DNA of 64,000 bases from Actinomycetales bacterium (GCA_027484085.1 JAIXQF010000004.1:1768-65767), one strand, 5' to 3'; shown: positions 1 to 10,049, counted from the stretch's first letter. Notes: generated by a model from the sequence alone, not told the origin. Program-made: numbers and translations.

Positions 1-770
1 ACTTTGGACAACTTCTTTATCTTGGACTGATCTGCAAGATCAGCAATAACGAATGTTCCTTCTTTGTCCGAGAACGAAGAGCGAACGTGAATTGGTAAAT
101 CAAAACGTTTTGCGTATTCGACACAACGCAAGTGAAGAACCTTTGCGCCAGCTGCAGCAAGTTCCATCATTTCGTCGTACGTAATGCGAGGAACTTGTCT
201 GGCTTTTGGCACCATGCGTGGATCAGCGGAAAAAATTCCATCTACATCTGTGTAGATTTCACATACATCTGCATAAAGTGCAGCAGCCAATGCCACGGCT
301 GTTAAGTCTGAACCGCCGCGACCCAGAGTTGTGATGTCTTTGGTGTCTTGTGAAACGCCTTGGAATCCCGCAACGATTGGAATCGCGTTTTCGCGAAGTG
401 CTTCTTGAAGTCTTCCTGGAGTCACATCAACAATGCGAGCTTTGCCATGTGTTGAGTCCGTAATCAAACCAGCTTGTGATCCGGTGTATGACCGCGCCTC
501 AAAACCAAGATCGTTAATTGCCATCGCTAAAACGGCCATCGAGATTCGTTCACCTGCAGTAAGCAGCATGTCCAGTTCGCGACCCGGAGGATTTGGTGAA
601 ACTTGTTTGGCTAGATCTATGAGATCGTCTGTGGTGTCGCCCATCGCAGAAACTACAACGACTACTTCGTTGCCGGCTCGCTTGGTGTCTACGATTCGTT
701 TGGCTACACGCAAAATTCCAGCAGCATCCGCAACGGAAGACCCACCGAATTTAGCGACAATTAAGCCCAT
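1..770 (-). CDS. lysC: Aspartate kinase, N-terminal ~256 codons (3' end lies beyond the window start)
   Basis: Absent from the ORF track because there is no stop in the window. My reverse-strand translation from ATG 770-768 reads [27 protein letters not shown]...[18 protein letters not shown]...[21 protein letters not shown] (KFGGSS and GRGGSD aspartokinase motifs). It sits downstream of dnaX-recR, as is common in Actinobacteria. Confidence 0.9.
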   Translation of the reverse strand, partial: MGLIVAKFGGSSVADAAGILRVAKRIVDTKRAGNEVVVVVSAMGDTTDDLIDLAKQVSPNPPGRELDMLLTAGERISMAVLAMAINDLGFEARSYTGSQAGLITDSTHGKARIVDVTPGRLQEALRENAIPIVAGFQGVSQDTKDITTLGRGGSDLTAVALAAALYADVCEIYTDVDGIFSADPRMVPKARQVPRITYDEMMELAAAGAKVLHLRCVEYAKRFDLPIHVRSSFSDKEGTFVIADLADQSKIKKLSK

Positions 771-846
771 AGGTCATAAGTCTAAAGGGAATTTCAATCC
801 TCGATATCACCGTCCAAATTGTGAAACGGCTAGCTGGGCGAAAGTC

Positions 847-1455
847 CTATGGACTGACTTGGCGTCGACCTTCAAAAGCGCGTCCCAACGTGACTTCGTC
901 GGCATATTCAAGATCGCCACCGACAGGTAGTCCCGAGGCAAGTCTGGTCACTTTGATTCCCAGTGGCGAAATCAATCTTGTTAAGTAGGTAGCAGTTGCT
1001 TCACCTTCAAGATTCGGATCTGTGGCCAGGATGATTTCGACAATTGCCCCATCAGCCAAACGGGTCATTAACTCGGTAACCCTTAAGTCGTCAGGTCCGA
1101 CGCCATCAATTGGACTAATTGCTCCACCAAGTACGTGATACCTACCTCGGAATTCCCGGGTCCGTTCAACGGCAAGCACGTCTTTAGGTTCTTCGACAAC
1201 GCAGATCGAAGTCTCATCGCGACGAGTGTCTGCACAAATCCGGCAAAGGTCATCTTGGGCAACGTTGAAACAGGTGCGGCAAAACTTGATCTTGTCTTTT
1301 ACATCAGCCAGCACCGTAGCTAGGCGTGTTACATCCGCGCTGTCAGTCGCAAGCAAATGAAATGCAATTCGGGTTGCACCCTTTGGACCAACGCCGGGAA
1401 GTTTGGCAAGTTCGTCAATTAAGTCTTGAACTATGCCTTCATACATGTTGCTCAT
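847..1455 (-). CDS. recR: Recombination protein RecR
   Basis: 202 aa. HhH N-terminus ([20 protein letters not shown]), C4 zinc finger (CRTC...CRIC) and Toprim region ([20 protein letters not shown]). ATGA start/stop overlap with dnaX. Confidence 0.95.
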   Translation of the reverse strand: MSNMYEGIVQDLIDELAKLPGVGPKGATRIAFHLLATDSADVTRLATVLADVKDKIKFCRTCFNVAQDDLCRICADTRRDETSICVVEEPKDVLAVERTREFRGRYHVLGGAISPIDGVGPDDLRVTELMTRLADGAIVEIILATDPNLEGEATATYLTRLISPLGIKVTRLASGLPVGGDLEYADEVTLGRAFEGRRQVSP

Positions 1456-3242
1456 GCTTCGCGTGGTCTTTCATCAATCACTTGGCCACCAAGCGAGCTA
1501 GTGATGATGTCAATCGATGATCGTGATGGTGTGGTCTCGTCATCTGGCGAAGCTTCACCTGCATCGGTTGCTGCTTCTTTCTTTGGTGTTGCTGGCTTGG
1601 TACGATTTGGATCCACGGTTGGATCGATTCGAACATCAACATGGAACAGATTTTGAATCACTAGTCGTAAGCGATCGTCGTGACCACTCTTAACGGCGTT
1701 GTTCATGGTGTTTGAATTCGGGAACGCAACGGCCAAAACTTTATCTTCGCCGAACGAAACCGGAGCAGTTTCAGCCATGACAATTCCAGCTACCCGGCTT
1801 TGACCACCAACTGTTTGCAAGATCGCTGGCCACGCTTCGCGAATTTGCTCGAACGAAACTGGGCCAGTGAGTGTTTCAGTTGCCGCTACAGCTTGCTCTT
1901 CAGCTTTTTGTGTTGCAGCCGCTGTAACTTGTGATGGCTTCATTGGTGCTGGGGTAGTTGAAACTTTTGGTCGTGGCGGTGGAGTCTTTGCTGACACTGG
2001 TGCGGATTCGATTGGAGCTTCAGCTTGTTGCGTTACTGGCTGTTCTGCAGCGATTCGAGCTCGAGCAGGGATCGGGGCAGAACTTGAAACCCGAGGGCCG
2101 TCTTGTTCAAGTTTCTCTACGCGAGCAATCAAGTCTTGGGTGACTTCATTTGTGACCAATCGAGCCGCGAGAAGTTCCAATTGAAGTTTTGGTGAGGCTG
2201 CACCGCGTAGCTCAGACAAACCTGAACTGACTAAGTCAGCGACTCTAACTAGTTGGGCTGAAGTGAAAAGTTTGGCTTGGCTAACAAGGTCTTCGATTTG
2301 TTCATTAGGAATGTCGAATAATCCAGAAGTTGCTGCATCCGGAACTTGAGTAACTACAACTAAATCGCGCAGGTGATCAAGTAAGTCGTTTGCAAAGCGA
2401 CGAGGTTCGTGGCCTGAAGAAACTACTTGTTCAATCAAAGTAAAGAGAGTGGCTCCATCACCATTCGCAATTGCAACAACGACTTGGCTTAAGAGAGTTT
2501 CGTCGGTGAATCCAAGTTGTGCCACGGTGTCTGCATAGGTGACGCCTTCTGGGCCAGAACCTGCAATCACTTGACCAAGGACAGATTGGGCATCGCGAAC
2601 TGAGCCCGCTCCGGCACGAGCAACCAAGGCCAGCGCGGCTGGGTCAGCGGAGATGCCTTCACGTTCACACATCAACGCCATATGTTGCGCCAAAGTTTTA
2701 GCCGAAACTAAACGGAATGGGTAGTGATGTGTGCGGGAACGAAGAGTCGGAATGATTTTGTCTGGTTCAGTTGTAGCAAAAATAAATCGTAGATGTGGCG
2801 GTGGTTCTTCAACTAGCTTAAGTAGCACGTTGAATGCGTCTCGGGTTAACTGATGAGCCTCATCGATGATGTAAACCTTGAACCGTGCTTGAACTGGAGC
2901 ATAAACCGCGCGCTCTCGTAATTCTTTAGCGTCATCAATGCCACGATAAGTTGCAGCATCAATTTCAATAACATCGATTGAGCCCGGACCGTTTGGTGCC
3001 AAGTCCACACATGATTGGCAAACGCCACACGGATTCGAAGTTGGTCCTTGTTCGCAGTTCATCGAGCGAGCCATGATGCGAGCTGATGAAGTCTTGCCAC
3101 AACCACGTGGTCCAGTGAATAGATATGCGTGATGGATTCGATCGCTATCCAAAGCTCGTGAAAGTGGGGCCGTGACGTGTTCTTGCCCGATTACGTCAGA
3201 AAACTGACCAGGTCGGTACTTTCGGTAAAGAGCCAAGGACAT
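1452..3242 (-). CDS. dnaX: DNA polymerase III subunit gamma/tau
   Basis: The track ORF starts at GTG 3266. I prefer ATG 3242 ([14 protein letters not shown], the canonical DnaX N-terminus). Walker [10 protein letters not shown], Zn module [24 protein letters not shown] box, Pro/Ala-rich tau linker and C-terminal domain. Confidence 0.93.
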   Translation of the reverse strand: MSLALYRKYRPGQFSDVIGQEHVTAPLSRALDSDRIHHAYLFTGPRGCGKTSSARIMARSMNCEQGPTSNPCGVCQSCVDLAPNGPGSIDVIEIDAATYRGIDDAKELRERAVYAPVQARFKVYIIDEAHQLTRDAFNVLLKLVEEPPPHLRFIFATTEPDKIIPTLRSRTHHYPFRLVSAKTLAQHMALMCEREGISADPAALALVARAGAGSVRDAQSVLGQVIAGSGPEGVTYADTVAQLGFTDETLLSQVVVAIANGDGATLFTLIEQVVSSGHEPRRFANDLLDHLRDLVVVTQVPDAATSGLFDIPNEQIEDLVSQAKLFTSAQLVRVADLVSSGLSELRGAASPKLQLELLAARLVTNEVTQDLIARVEKLEQDGPRVSSSAPIPARARIAAEQPVTQQAEAPIESAPVSAKTPPPRPKVSTTPAPMKPSQVTAAATQKAEEQAVAATETLTGPVSFEQIREAWPAILQTVGGQSRVAGIVMAETAPVSFGEDKVLAVAFPNSNTMNNAVKSGHDDRLRLVIQNLFHVDVRIDPTVDPNRTKPATPKKEAATDAGEASPDDETTPSRSSIDIITSSLGGQVIDERPREA

Positions 3243-3286
3243 ATGTATGAGAGTAGTCGGTAGCACTGACTGGCATTAAGGACACT

Positions 3287-3301
3287 GCGGAGGATAGGGG
3301 A
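3287..3301. repeat. 15-nt duplicate of the 3' end of tRNA-Ser(GGA) (gcggaggatagggga)
   Basis: Exact 15-mer also at 3389-3403, where it forms the T-stem/acceptor 3' end of the tRNA gene. The copies are 102 bp apart. Confidence 0.7.
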
Positions 3302-3352
3302 CTCCGTCGAGGCAAACCCTCTCCTCCTCAAATCGCAGCATCATTGCTGTAA

Positions 3353-3385
3353 AGACAAAACGCCCCTTTCGGGGCGCTTCGTTTT
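3353..3385 (-). terminator. Rho-independent terminator downstream of tRNA-Ser(GGA)
   Basis: Reverse strand reads aaaacgaag-CGCCCC-gaaa-GGGGCG-TTTTgtcttt: a 6-bp GC stem, tetraloop and T-tract. Confidence 0.5.
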
Positions 3386-3389
3386 ACAG

Positions 3390-3474
3390 CGGAGGATAGG
3401 GGATTTGAACCCCTGAGGGCTTTCACCCAACTCGCTTTCCAAGCGAGCGCCATAGGCCACTAGGCGAATCCTCC
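3390..3474 (-). tRNA. tRNA-Ser (anticodon GGA)
   Basis: Reverse complement is GGAGGATTCGCCTAGTGGCCTATGGCGCTCGCTTGGAAAGCGAGTTGGGTGAAAGCCCTCAGGGGTTCAAATCCCCTATCCTCCG. It has a 7-bp acceptor, anticodon stem CTCGC/GCGAG with loop TTGGAAA, a long variable arm and a TTCAAAT T-loop. CCA is not encoded. Confidence 0.9.
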
Positions 3475-3559
3475 GTTGTCGAGATTACCCGTAATTGATG
3501 CATCAGCGCTAATTGCTCGGTTTTGGGTAGGAAGCATTATTTGTGCGAGAGAATCAACT

Positions 3560-4345
3560 ATGAAAATTGGATTCCTTGGTGTTGGCACAGTATCGACTGC
3601 AGTAATTGAGGCCATGGCCTCTCGAGGCGGTTCCCAGGAAACCATCTACCTATCCCCTCGTGGCGAAAAGCGATCTATCGAATTGGCCGCCAAATTTGAT
3701 CACTGCATTCGACTTGATTCGAATCAAGCGGTCATCGATGCCAGCGACATGGTCGTCCTCAGCATGCTGCCTAACCAAGTTGATGAAGCTCTGGCAGATC
3801 TGAAGTTCCGCGACGACCAAATCATTGCGAGTTTTATTGCCGGAACTCCGCCAAGTGGAATTGCAAAACTGACTGCACCGGCCACCCAAGTTAGTCAACT
3901 GATTCCCTTGCCACCAATTGTTCATCACAAGGGACCACTCGTTATTTGCCCATCACATCCAGATGTAGTTCGAGAGTTTGCTGGACTTGGTGACATCGTG
4001 ATTTTGGAAGACGAATCCCAGATTCGAATTCTCAGTGTTACCTCAGCAGTTATGTCAACATACTTCACATTTCAAAACACTGTTATGAAATGGACCGAAG
4101 CGAATGGCATTGCGCACGACACCGCTTCAAAATATGTGCGTTCCTTACTTGAAGGTCTGGCTATTGAAGGTCAGGCAGCAACCGATGAAGAAGTGGCCCA
4201 CTTGCCGGTGGAACATGAAACTCCAGGTGGGCTGAATTTCCGTAACCGAACCGGCCTAGAACAAGCAGGGTGGTTTGATTCGCTTTACAACCAACTGCAA
4301 GATACATATTCAAATGCCAATTTGAAGGCGAAATCGAGCGAGTAA
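3560..4345 (+). CDS. NADP-dependent oxidoreductase, pyrroline-5-carboxylate reductase-like
   Basis: The track ORF starts at 3476 and overlaps the tRNA. ATG 3560 gives MKIGFLGVGTVSTAVIEAM (Rossmann GxGxxS/G). A C-terminal HETPGGLN resembles the P5CR SPGGTT motif. Confidence 0.6.
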   Translation: MKIGFLGVGTVSTAVIEAMASRGGSQETIYLSPRGEKRSIELAAKFDHCIRLDSNQAVIDASDMVVLSMLPNQVDEALADLKFRDDQIIASFIAGTPPSGIAKLTAPATQVSQLIPLPPIVHHKGPLVICPSHPDVVREFAGLGDIVILEDESQIRILSVTSAVMSTYFTFQNTVMKWTEANGIAHDTASKYVRSLLEGLAIEGQAATDEEVAHLPVEHETPGGLNFRNRTGLEQAGWFDSLYNQLQDTYSNANLKAKSSE

Positions 4346-4367
4346 TTATCTAACTAGAATTAAGAAC

Positions 4368-4458
4368 AGCCCCTCGCGTGGCGTAATCCTGTGAACCTCC
4401 CCAGGGCCGGAAGGCAGCAAGGATAAGCAGGCTCTTTCGGGTACGCGAGGGGTCCCTA
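4368..4458 (+). ncRNA. ffs: Signal recognition particle RNA (small bacterial 4.5S type)
   Basis: cccctcgcgt...acgcgagggg closing helix around the conserved helix-8 core cctgtgaacctccccagggCCGGAAGGcagcaagg (GGAA tetraloop). Ends are approximate. Confidence 0.8.
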
Positions 4459-4473
4459 TTTCTTACAGGCGAA

Positions 4474-5037
4474 TTATTCTCCGCCGTAAACGTGGGGCGC
4501 AAGAACTCCGACTTCACGAAGGTTGCGGTATTTCTCAGCGTAATCAAGTCCGAAGCCAACCACGAATTCGTTGGGAATATCAAAGCCAATGTATTTTGCT
4601 GGTACTTCAATCTTGATTGCATCTGGCTTACGCATCATTGTCATGACTTCAATTGATTTTGGATTGCGGGACTTTAAGTTTTTAATCAACCACGAAAGTG
4701 TTAATCCGGAGTCCAAGATATCTTCGACAATCAAAACATCGCGGCCTGCTAAATCAATGTCCAGATCTTTGATAATGCGAACTACGCCACTGGACTTTGT
4801 GCCAGAACCATATGAAGACACAGCCATGAAATCGAATTCCACCGGAATTGAAACGGCGCGAGCTAAATCAGCCATAACCATTACTGCGCCCTTGAGAACA
4901 CCAACCATTAGTACTGGCTTTTCAGCATTTGCGTAGTCATTGTCTATCTCGGCAGCAATCTCGCGAATTCTCGAATCGATTTGCTCGGTCGTCAAAACGA
5001 TGCTCGTTAATTCATTTTCAATTTGTGCTGCGTCCAC
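4474..5037 (-). CDS. hpt: Hypoxanthine-guanine phosphoribosyltransferase
   Basis: 187 aa. PRPP-binding motif VLIVEDILDSGLTL. GTG start preceded by tAGGAGcaatgc. Follows tilS, as in most Actinobacteria. Confidence 0.93.
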   Translation of the reverse strand: MDAAQIENELTSIVLTTEQIDSRIREIAAEIDNDYANAEKPVLMVGVLKGAVMVMADLARAVSIPVEFDFMAVSSYGSGTKSSGVVRIIKDLDIDLAGRDVLIVEDILDSGLTLSWLIKNLKSRNPKSIEVMTMMRKPDAIKIEVPAKYIGFDIPNEFVVGFGLDYAEKYRNLREVGVLAPHVYGGE

Positions 5038-5054
5038 GCATTGCTCCTAGATTT

Positions 5055-6002
5055 CTAAGGTCGATAGAAAGTAAGTCTTTCATGTCGCCTTTCTACGTTG
5101 ACACCGCCTGGCAAATTCAGCGCGCCTTGCCCGTGCCAGTTTGTGATTAAAGCGTCGATTGCTAAAACATGATCCCTGGTTAAGTCATTAATTGGGCAGC
5201 CATTTGTGATTGCCAATTGACGAATCACTCGGGATCTAATCGCACGTGGCAATGCGCCAATCAAATTCACATCATCACTTACTCGAGTGATTTCAAAGCG
5301 TGCCAATGCGTCAAGGGCATCAGCATCATCACGCAGCAAATCGGCACTTCGAGCCAACGCTTGAGTGACACCTGGGCCTAGTTCAGATTCCAACATCGGC
5401 AGGATTGTGTTTCGCACTCGAACGCGCGAAAACTTTGTGTCGCTGTTGTGTGGATCTTCAAAGACATCTAAGTTACTAACTTCGGCTCGAACCGTAGCGC
5501 GATCAATATTTAGAAACGGCCTTCGATAGATTCCCTCGATCGCGCGCATTCCTGAAAGCGAGCGGGCACCTGAGCCACGTGCTAAACCAAGTAAAACGGT
5601 TTCGGCTTGATCCTCCAAGGTGTGACCTAGCAACACTGCCTTGGCCTTGTGCTCGGTCACCACATTGCTAAATGCAGTACGGCGTGCATTTCGAGCAGCA
5701 GATTCCATGCCACCTGAGCCAGAACCAGTTGCCACATCTACATTGACAATCAGAACCGGGTCAGCACCAAGCTCTTTAGCCAACACGGCTGCAGCTTGTG
5801 CGGTTTTCGCCGAGTCGGCTTGAATCTGATGATCGATGACGATGGCACCGACATTGATTGTTTTTTCTTTGCCAACATGAACGGCACATTTCACAAGTGC
5901 CAAACTGTCTGCGCCACCACTACAGCCAACAAAAACCAGATCCCCCGCTTCTAAGTCCGCAAAGTTGGCAATTAGCCCTTGTCGAAGCTCCAGGTTGATC
6001 AT
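5055..6002 (-). CDS. tilS: tRNA(Ile)-lysidine synthetase
   Basis: 315 aa. PP-loop VGCSGGADSLAL near the N-terminus. tilS-hpt pairing. Confidence 0.9.
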   Translation of the reverse strand: MINLELRQGLIANFADLEAGDLVFVGCSGGADSLALVKCAVHVGKEKTINVGAIVIDHQIQADSAKTAQAAAVLAKELGADPVLIVNVDVATGSGSGGMESAARNARRTAFSNVVTEHKAKAVLLGHTLEDQAETVLLGLARGSGARSLSGMRAIEGIYRRPFLNIDRATVRAEVSNLDVFEDPHNSDTKFSRVRVRNTILPMLESELGPGVTQALARSADLLRDDADALDALARFEITRVSDDVNLIGALPRAIRSRVIRQLAITNGCPINDLTRDHVLAIDALITNWHGQGALNLPGGVNVERRHERLTFYRP

Positions 6003-6103
6003 GCTCTGACTCTACGCAATCGAGTTGGGCCTAGACTGTCAGTATCGTTATCGGCGATTAAGTCACTTACGATAAAGCGAGAATTTGGAAATGGCGGAAC
6101 AAC

Positions 6104-6595
6104 ATGACACTTGAGTTTGACGTACTAGTGGAGATACCTGGTGGCAGCCGCAATAAGTACGAAGTGGATCACGAAACAGGTCGCCTTCGCCTAGACCGCA
6201 TGCTTTTCACTGCAACCCGCTACCCCCGCGACTACGGCTATATCGAAGGCACTCTTGGCCAAGATGGCGATCCATTAGATGCTCTTGTGTTGATTGAAGA
6301 GCCAACTTTTCCAGGTGTTTTAATTCGTTGCCGCGCTATTGCAATGTTCCGTATGAGCGATGAGGCCGGCGAAGACGACAAGATCATGTGCGTTCCAGCT
6401 CATGATCCGCGCAAATTGAACTTGCAAGACATTGGTGACATGCCAGAGTTTGAGCGCCTTGAAATTCAGCACTTCTTTGAAACTTACAAAGACCTTGAAC
6501 CAGGTAAGTCTGTTGAAGGCGCTACCTGGGGCGACCGTGCCGAGGCTGAAGCTGAAGTACTCGCTTCAATCGCTCGCGCAAAGAACGCTCACTAA
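6104..6595 (+). CDS. ppa: Inorganic pyrophosphatase (family I)
   Basis: 163 aa. [13 protein letters not shown] and DGDPLDALV signature stretches. Confidence 0.95.
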   Translation: MTLEFDVLVEIPGGSRNKYEVDHETGRLRLDRMLFTATRYPRDYGYIEGTLGQDGDPLDALVLIEEPTFPGVLIRCRAIAMFRMSDEAGEDDKIMCVPAHDPRKLNLQDIGDMPEFERLEIQHFFETYKDLEPGKSVEGATWGDRAEAEAEVLASIARAKNAH

Positions 6596-6597
6596 AA

Positions 6598-8028
6598 CTA
6601 AGCGTTAGCTCCAACTGGAAGCCCAGACTTAAGTCGGTTAATCACATCAACCGCGCTCCAGCCAGTTGGGAACTCTTTCAACATTCCTTCAACATCGCTA
6701 GTTGTTGCACCCAATGTAAGTAGCGGTGCTTCCTTGTAACCATCTGGTCGCTCTTGACCTAAGCCAACTGCAGCAACTAGTCCATTACACAAACAGATAC
6801 GTGCATCAAGGTCAGCTTCGTCGCCGCCCTTTTTCAGGTAAGGACTATCTGGTTCGGCAGCACAGCGGTAACTAACTTTGCCAGCTTCGTCAATGTGGCT
6901 GGAACGTAAGTAGCCAAGATCGCAAAGGCGTGGGCGAGCTTTGTAAACCTCAGCATTGCCAACGGTGCCAGGCAGATCTACCACCTTGAATGGGAAACCA
7001 GTTGGTGATGCGCGGTGATCAGTACGTACGCGTAGATTGCCTTCACGCGCAGCCTGCAACATTTGCTCGCGGTATTCCGGCAGCAAACCTGATTCATTAC
7101 TTAGTGCAAACAGCGAACCTACTTGAACTCCTTCTGCGCCAAAGGCAACTGCTTCGGCAACTGATTCAGGAGTTGCGCGTCCTCCAGCTAGCCAGAATGG
7201 CAAGCCAACATCGGCGACCTTTGGAATGTTTGCTTCGTCCTTTGGTCCATAACCAGTTTCGGTATCTTGCAATTTGCGTGGCGGTGCGTTGTGGCCACCA
7301 GCCATGAAGTGCTCAACTACGAAACCATCTGGTCGAGTTATTTCATCGCGCGCTAAATAAGAAGCAAGAACTTCCGCCGTAACAATTGCTAAGAAAGCTG
7401 GCCGAGGTAATTCTGGAGCCTTACCAAAGGACTCAAGTGGATTGAATTCCAAAATTGGAGCAGCAACTCCTGCGGGACGGTCTGCGTCAATACTTAAGTG
7501 CCCTGACTTACCTTGCGAAAAGTCGGTCATAAGTTGTGGAATTTCGCGTGGGATTCCTGCGCCCATCAAGATTGCATCTACGCCGGCAAGCATTGCACCG
7601 TAGAGAGCAGCCGGAGTTGCGGTCTGTAGTTTTTCTAAAAAGTTGATGCCAACTTTTCCATTGCCAGATTGTTTGGCTAACCAAACTTCTACGAAGTTAG
7701 AAGCAACTGCTAATTGATCGTGCTCGGTGTGTGCTTCAAGGCTCAAGCGACGCATCGGACGAAATGGTTTTCCTTGACGTCCTTCTGGTTTGTAAAACTT
7801 TGCAAGAATGTCTTCTGCAACTTCTGGATATGGAAAGTGGGCCAGCGCCTCGCGCATGTGTCCGCCTTCATCGCCGTTTTGCAAACGACGAGTGACAACT
7901 GTTTCTAATGCAGTACCTGAGACGACACCGAGTTGTCCCTCATTTGCGACCGTGCGAGCTAAGTACCAAGACGATACGGCTGCACCCATGCCACCTTGAA
8001 TAATTGGTGGCAAGCCCAGGTTGTTCAT
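6598..8028 (-). CDS. Nitronate monooxygenase / 2-nitropropane dioxygenase-family flavoprotein (long form)
   Basis: 476 aa. N-terminal PIIQGGMGAAVS, then LAGVDAILMGAGIPREIP and AEGVQVGSLFA (TIM-barrel FMN enzyme pattern). Confidence 0.75.
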   Translation of the reverse strand: MNNLGLPPIIQGGMGAAVSSWYLARTVANEGQLGVVSGTALETVVTRRLQNGDEGGHMREALAHFPYPEVAEDILAKFYKPEGRQGKPFRPMRRLSLEAHTEHDQLAVASNFVEVWLAKQSGNGKVGINFLEKLQTATPAALYGAMLAGVDAILMGAGIPREIPQLMTDFSQGKSGHLSIDADRPAGVAAPILEFNPLESFGKAPELPRPAFLAIVTAEVLASYLARDEITRPDGFVVEHFMAGGHNAPPRKLQDTETGYGPKDEANIPKVADVGLPFWLAGGRATPESVAEAVAFGAEGVQVGSLFALSNESGLLPEYREQMLQAAREGNLRVRTDHRASPTGFPFKVVDLPGTVGNAEVYKARPRLCDLGYLRSSHIDEAGKVSYRCAAEPDSPYLKKGGDEADLDARICLCNGLVAAVGLGQERPDGYKEAPLLTLGATTSDVEGMLKEFPTGWSAVDVINRLKSGLPVGANA

Positions 8029-8061
8029 GAAGTCTCCAAAACCTCTCGTTGGCTACGAAAA

Positions 8062-8099
8062 CGTAACCTACGCTAGCGTAACCTACGCAACCGTAGGTT
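8062..8099. promoter_or_regulatory. Operator-like repeat cluster upstream of the nitronate monooxygenase gene
   Basis: cgtaacctacgc occurs at 8062-8073 and 8077-8088. A perfect 8-bp inverted repeat aacctacg-caac-cgtaggtt lies at 8080-8099, 34-67 nt upstream of ATG 8028. Confidence 0.3.
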
Positions 8100-8142
8100 T
8101 GGGCATAAACCCGTATTTAATGGGTTTTGGCATGGTAAATAC

Positions 8143-9405
8143 TTAGGAATTGAGTATTTCTGGCTGGTTTTCTGCAGATTCTAAACTTTTTCCCTCTAGG
8201 TGGCGAACCGCTGGCACAGCCAACATGGCCACTAATACTGCAACAAAAACCAAACTCATGGCTAGCAAGGTAGCCGAGGATCCAAATCTTTCAGTGATTG
8301 GTCCGGCAACTACCAAGCCAATCGGAGCTAACGCAAGTGATCCAAAGGCGTCGTAGGAAGAAACTCTGGAGAGTGAATCACGAGGAATGTTGCTTTGCAT
8401 TGCAGTTTGCCAAAGCACCATAAAGAAATCAAGAGCTATGCCAGCAAAAAATGCACTGACCATAATCAGTGGAATCCAATTTGTAGCACCCATGGTTACG
8501 ATCCATGCAACGACGCCGAGTTGTGCACTAAGGCCTATCAACAGCGGGTGTTTAGGTCGAACTTTTAACGAGACCAGAACTCCAGCAACCATTCCAGCAG
8601 ATAACGCTGCCAAAATCCAAGACCACGGTTTTGGTCCTCCAAGTTCTTGCTCGGCATGAACCGGTCCAACAACAGCAAAAACACTTTCAAAAATCATTGC
8701 AATGATCGAATATCCAGCGACAACTGCTACTACCCAGCTTCGACTTGAGAATTCTTTCCAGCCATGTACTAAGTCGTCATAGACCGACGGCGAGTGCTCT
8801 GTTTGTTCGCGAGTCTTTCCATGTTTACGCAGCGTGAAAACTAACAACCCGGCAATCAAGAAACTCACTCCGTCGGCAACCATTGCCCAGCCCGCGCCGA
8901 TTCCAGCCACAATGATTCCGCCTGCAACGGTTCCAGCTATGTTGGCGCCATTAGAGCCAAGCCCGACAACGGAATTTGCTGATTGCAAATCATCTTCTTC
9001 AACAATTTCTGGCGTCAAGCCAGCAAAGGCAGGCCACCACAGTGCATTCAATGTTCCACTAATGAAAGCGATGATTGCCAAACTTAAAACGGTAGCGGTT
9101 CCGTTTAGCAGCATGATTCCATTGGTGATTACAAATCCACTTAGTAAAACATCAGATACGCCGACCACCATTGCGCGCGGAAATCTATCTGCGAGTACTC
9201 CACCAAAGAGCATGAATAAAACCATTGGGCCCATTTGGGCTGCCATAACAATACTTAGCGATGAGGCGGTTGCATCTTCTAAACCCAACACACCAAATGC
9301 CAATGCAATCGGGCCTAGCCCATTTCCAAAATTAGAAATCACCCGCGCAATTAGCAATGTGCGAAAAGCTGGGCGCAGCCAAAGTCGCTTTAGATCAGCA
9401 AACAT
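8143..9405 (-). CDS. MFS transporter (EntS/MFS_3-like)
   Basis: 420 aa, about 12 hydrophobic helices, N-terminal FRTLLIARVISNFGNG typical of this MFS subgroup. Confidence 0.85.
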   Translation of the reverse strand: MFADLKRLWLRPAFRTLLIARVISNFGNGLGPIALAFGVLGLEDATASSLSIVMAAQMGPMVLFMLFGGVLADRFPRAMVVGVSDVLLSGFVITNGIMLLNGTATVLSLAIIAFISGTLNALWWPAFAGLTPEIVEEDDLQSANSVVGLGSNGANIAGTVAGGIIVAGIGAGWAMVADGVSFLIAGLLVFTLRKHGKTREQTEHSPSVYDDLVHGWKEFSSRSWVVAVVAGYSIIAMIFESVFAVVGPVHAEQELGGPKPWSWILAALSAGMVAGVLVSLKVRPKHPLLIGLSAQLGVVAWIVTMGATNWIPLIMVSAFFAGIALDFFMVLWQTAMQSNIPRDSLSRVSSYDAFGSLALAPIGLVVAGPITERFGSSATLLAMSLVFVAVLVAMLAVPAVRHLEGKSLESAENQPEILNS

Positions 9406-9407
9406 TG

Positions 9408-9998
9408 TTATCTCACTGATAAGTCTGTGTCGGCGTCATTAATCCAATTGATCACGCCTTGCCACGGTGTCCAGCCCTCTTCAACTGCAAAATGGCCCGC
9501 ACCTTGAATCAAGACAAAAGGTAGATCAAGTGGTGTTGCAAAGGTGGTTTCTAACCCCTTTGGAAGCCAGGGATCTAGGTCGCTTCCAACGAGCAAAGTT
9601 GATTTAGCAGCTTTGTGGGCGGCGACTTTAACTTCTGGAGCAGATAGATCTAACTGAAAGTCCGGAACTTCGCCGCATAAATCTGGATCTGCAGGGGCAA
9701 CCAACATCACACGCGATGCCTGTTCGTTGAGGATTCCACTTTGACAAATGTGAAGCCATGTCAAGCAGCCAAGCGAGTGGCCGAGCACGATTAGTTCGCC
9801 ATCGCCAACTTCTTTTAGTAGGTCAAGTTCAACTTTCAGGACAGCAAGCCACTTAGCCAAACTTGGCAATTCAGTATCTGGTAATTGTGGGTAGGCGACT
9901 GCGTGCCCGTCTTTACGAAGTGCGGTGGCCAACATTCGGTGCCAATGACCCTCTGGCCGCTCGTTACCCCAGCCATGAATAATCAATATCCGCTTCAT
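9408..9998 (-). CDS. Alpha/beta serine hydrolase (YdeN/RBBP9-like)
   Basis: The track ORF starts at 10064. ATG 9998 gives MKRILIIHGWG, nucleophile elbow GHSLGC and a C-terminal GAGHF. Confidence 0.75.
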   Translation of the reverse strand: MKRILIIHGWGNERPEGHWHRMLATALRKDGHAVAYPQLPDTELPSLAKWLAVLKVELDLLKEVGDGELIVLGHSLGCLTWLHICQSGILNEQASRVMLVAPADPDLCGEVPDFQLDLSAPEVKVAAHKAAKSTLLVGSDLDPWLPKGLETTFATPLDLPFVLIQGAGHFAVEEGWTPWQGVINWINDADTDLSVR

Positions 9999-10049
9999 GT
10001 ATGCAACATTAGCGGTCGTGCTCAAGCCTATTCGCCATAGAATAAAGAA

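Noticed and set aside
433-930. 165-aa forward ORF at the window start.
   Set aside because: It is antisense to the aspartokinase N-terminus and the recR 3' end. The reverse frame carries unmistakable KFGGSS/GRGGSD aspartokinase motifs.
1452-3242. Possible programmed -1 frameshift site in dnaX (gamma/tau), as in E. coli.
   Set aside because: I looked for an A-AAA-AAG-type slippery heptamer on the coding strand and did not see one. There is no basis to claim it.
4350-4622. 90-aa reverse ORF spanning the SRP RNA and the end of hpt. Similarly 3460..3645 and 35616..35807 overlap tRNA genes.
   Set aside because: They overlap structural RNA genes and better-supported CDSs, so they are treated as spurious.
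8834-9442. 202-aa forward ORF rich in Pro/Ala/Thr/Ser.
   Set aside because: It is entirely antisense to the MFS transporter gene, with low-complexity composition typical of antisense frames and no motif.
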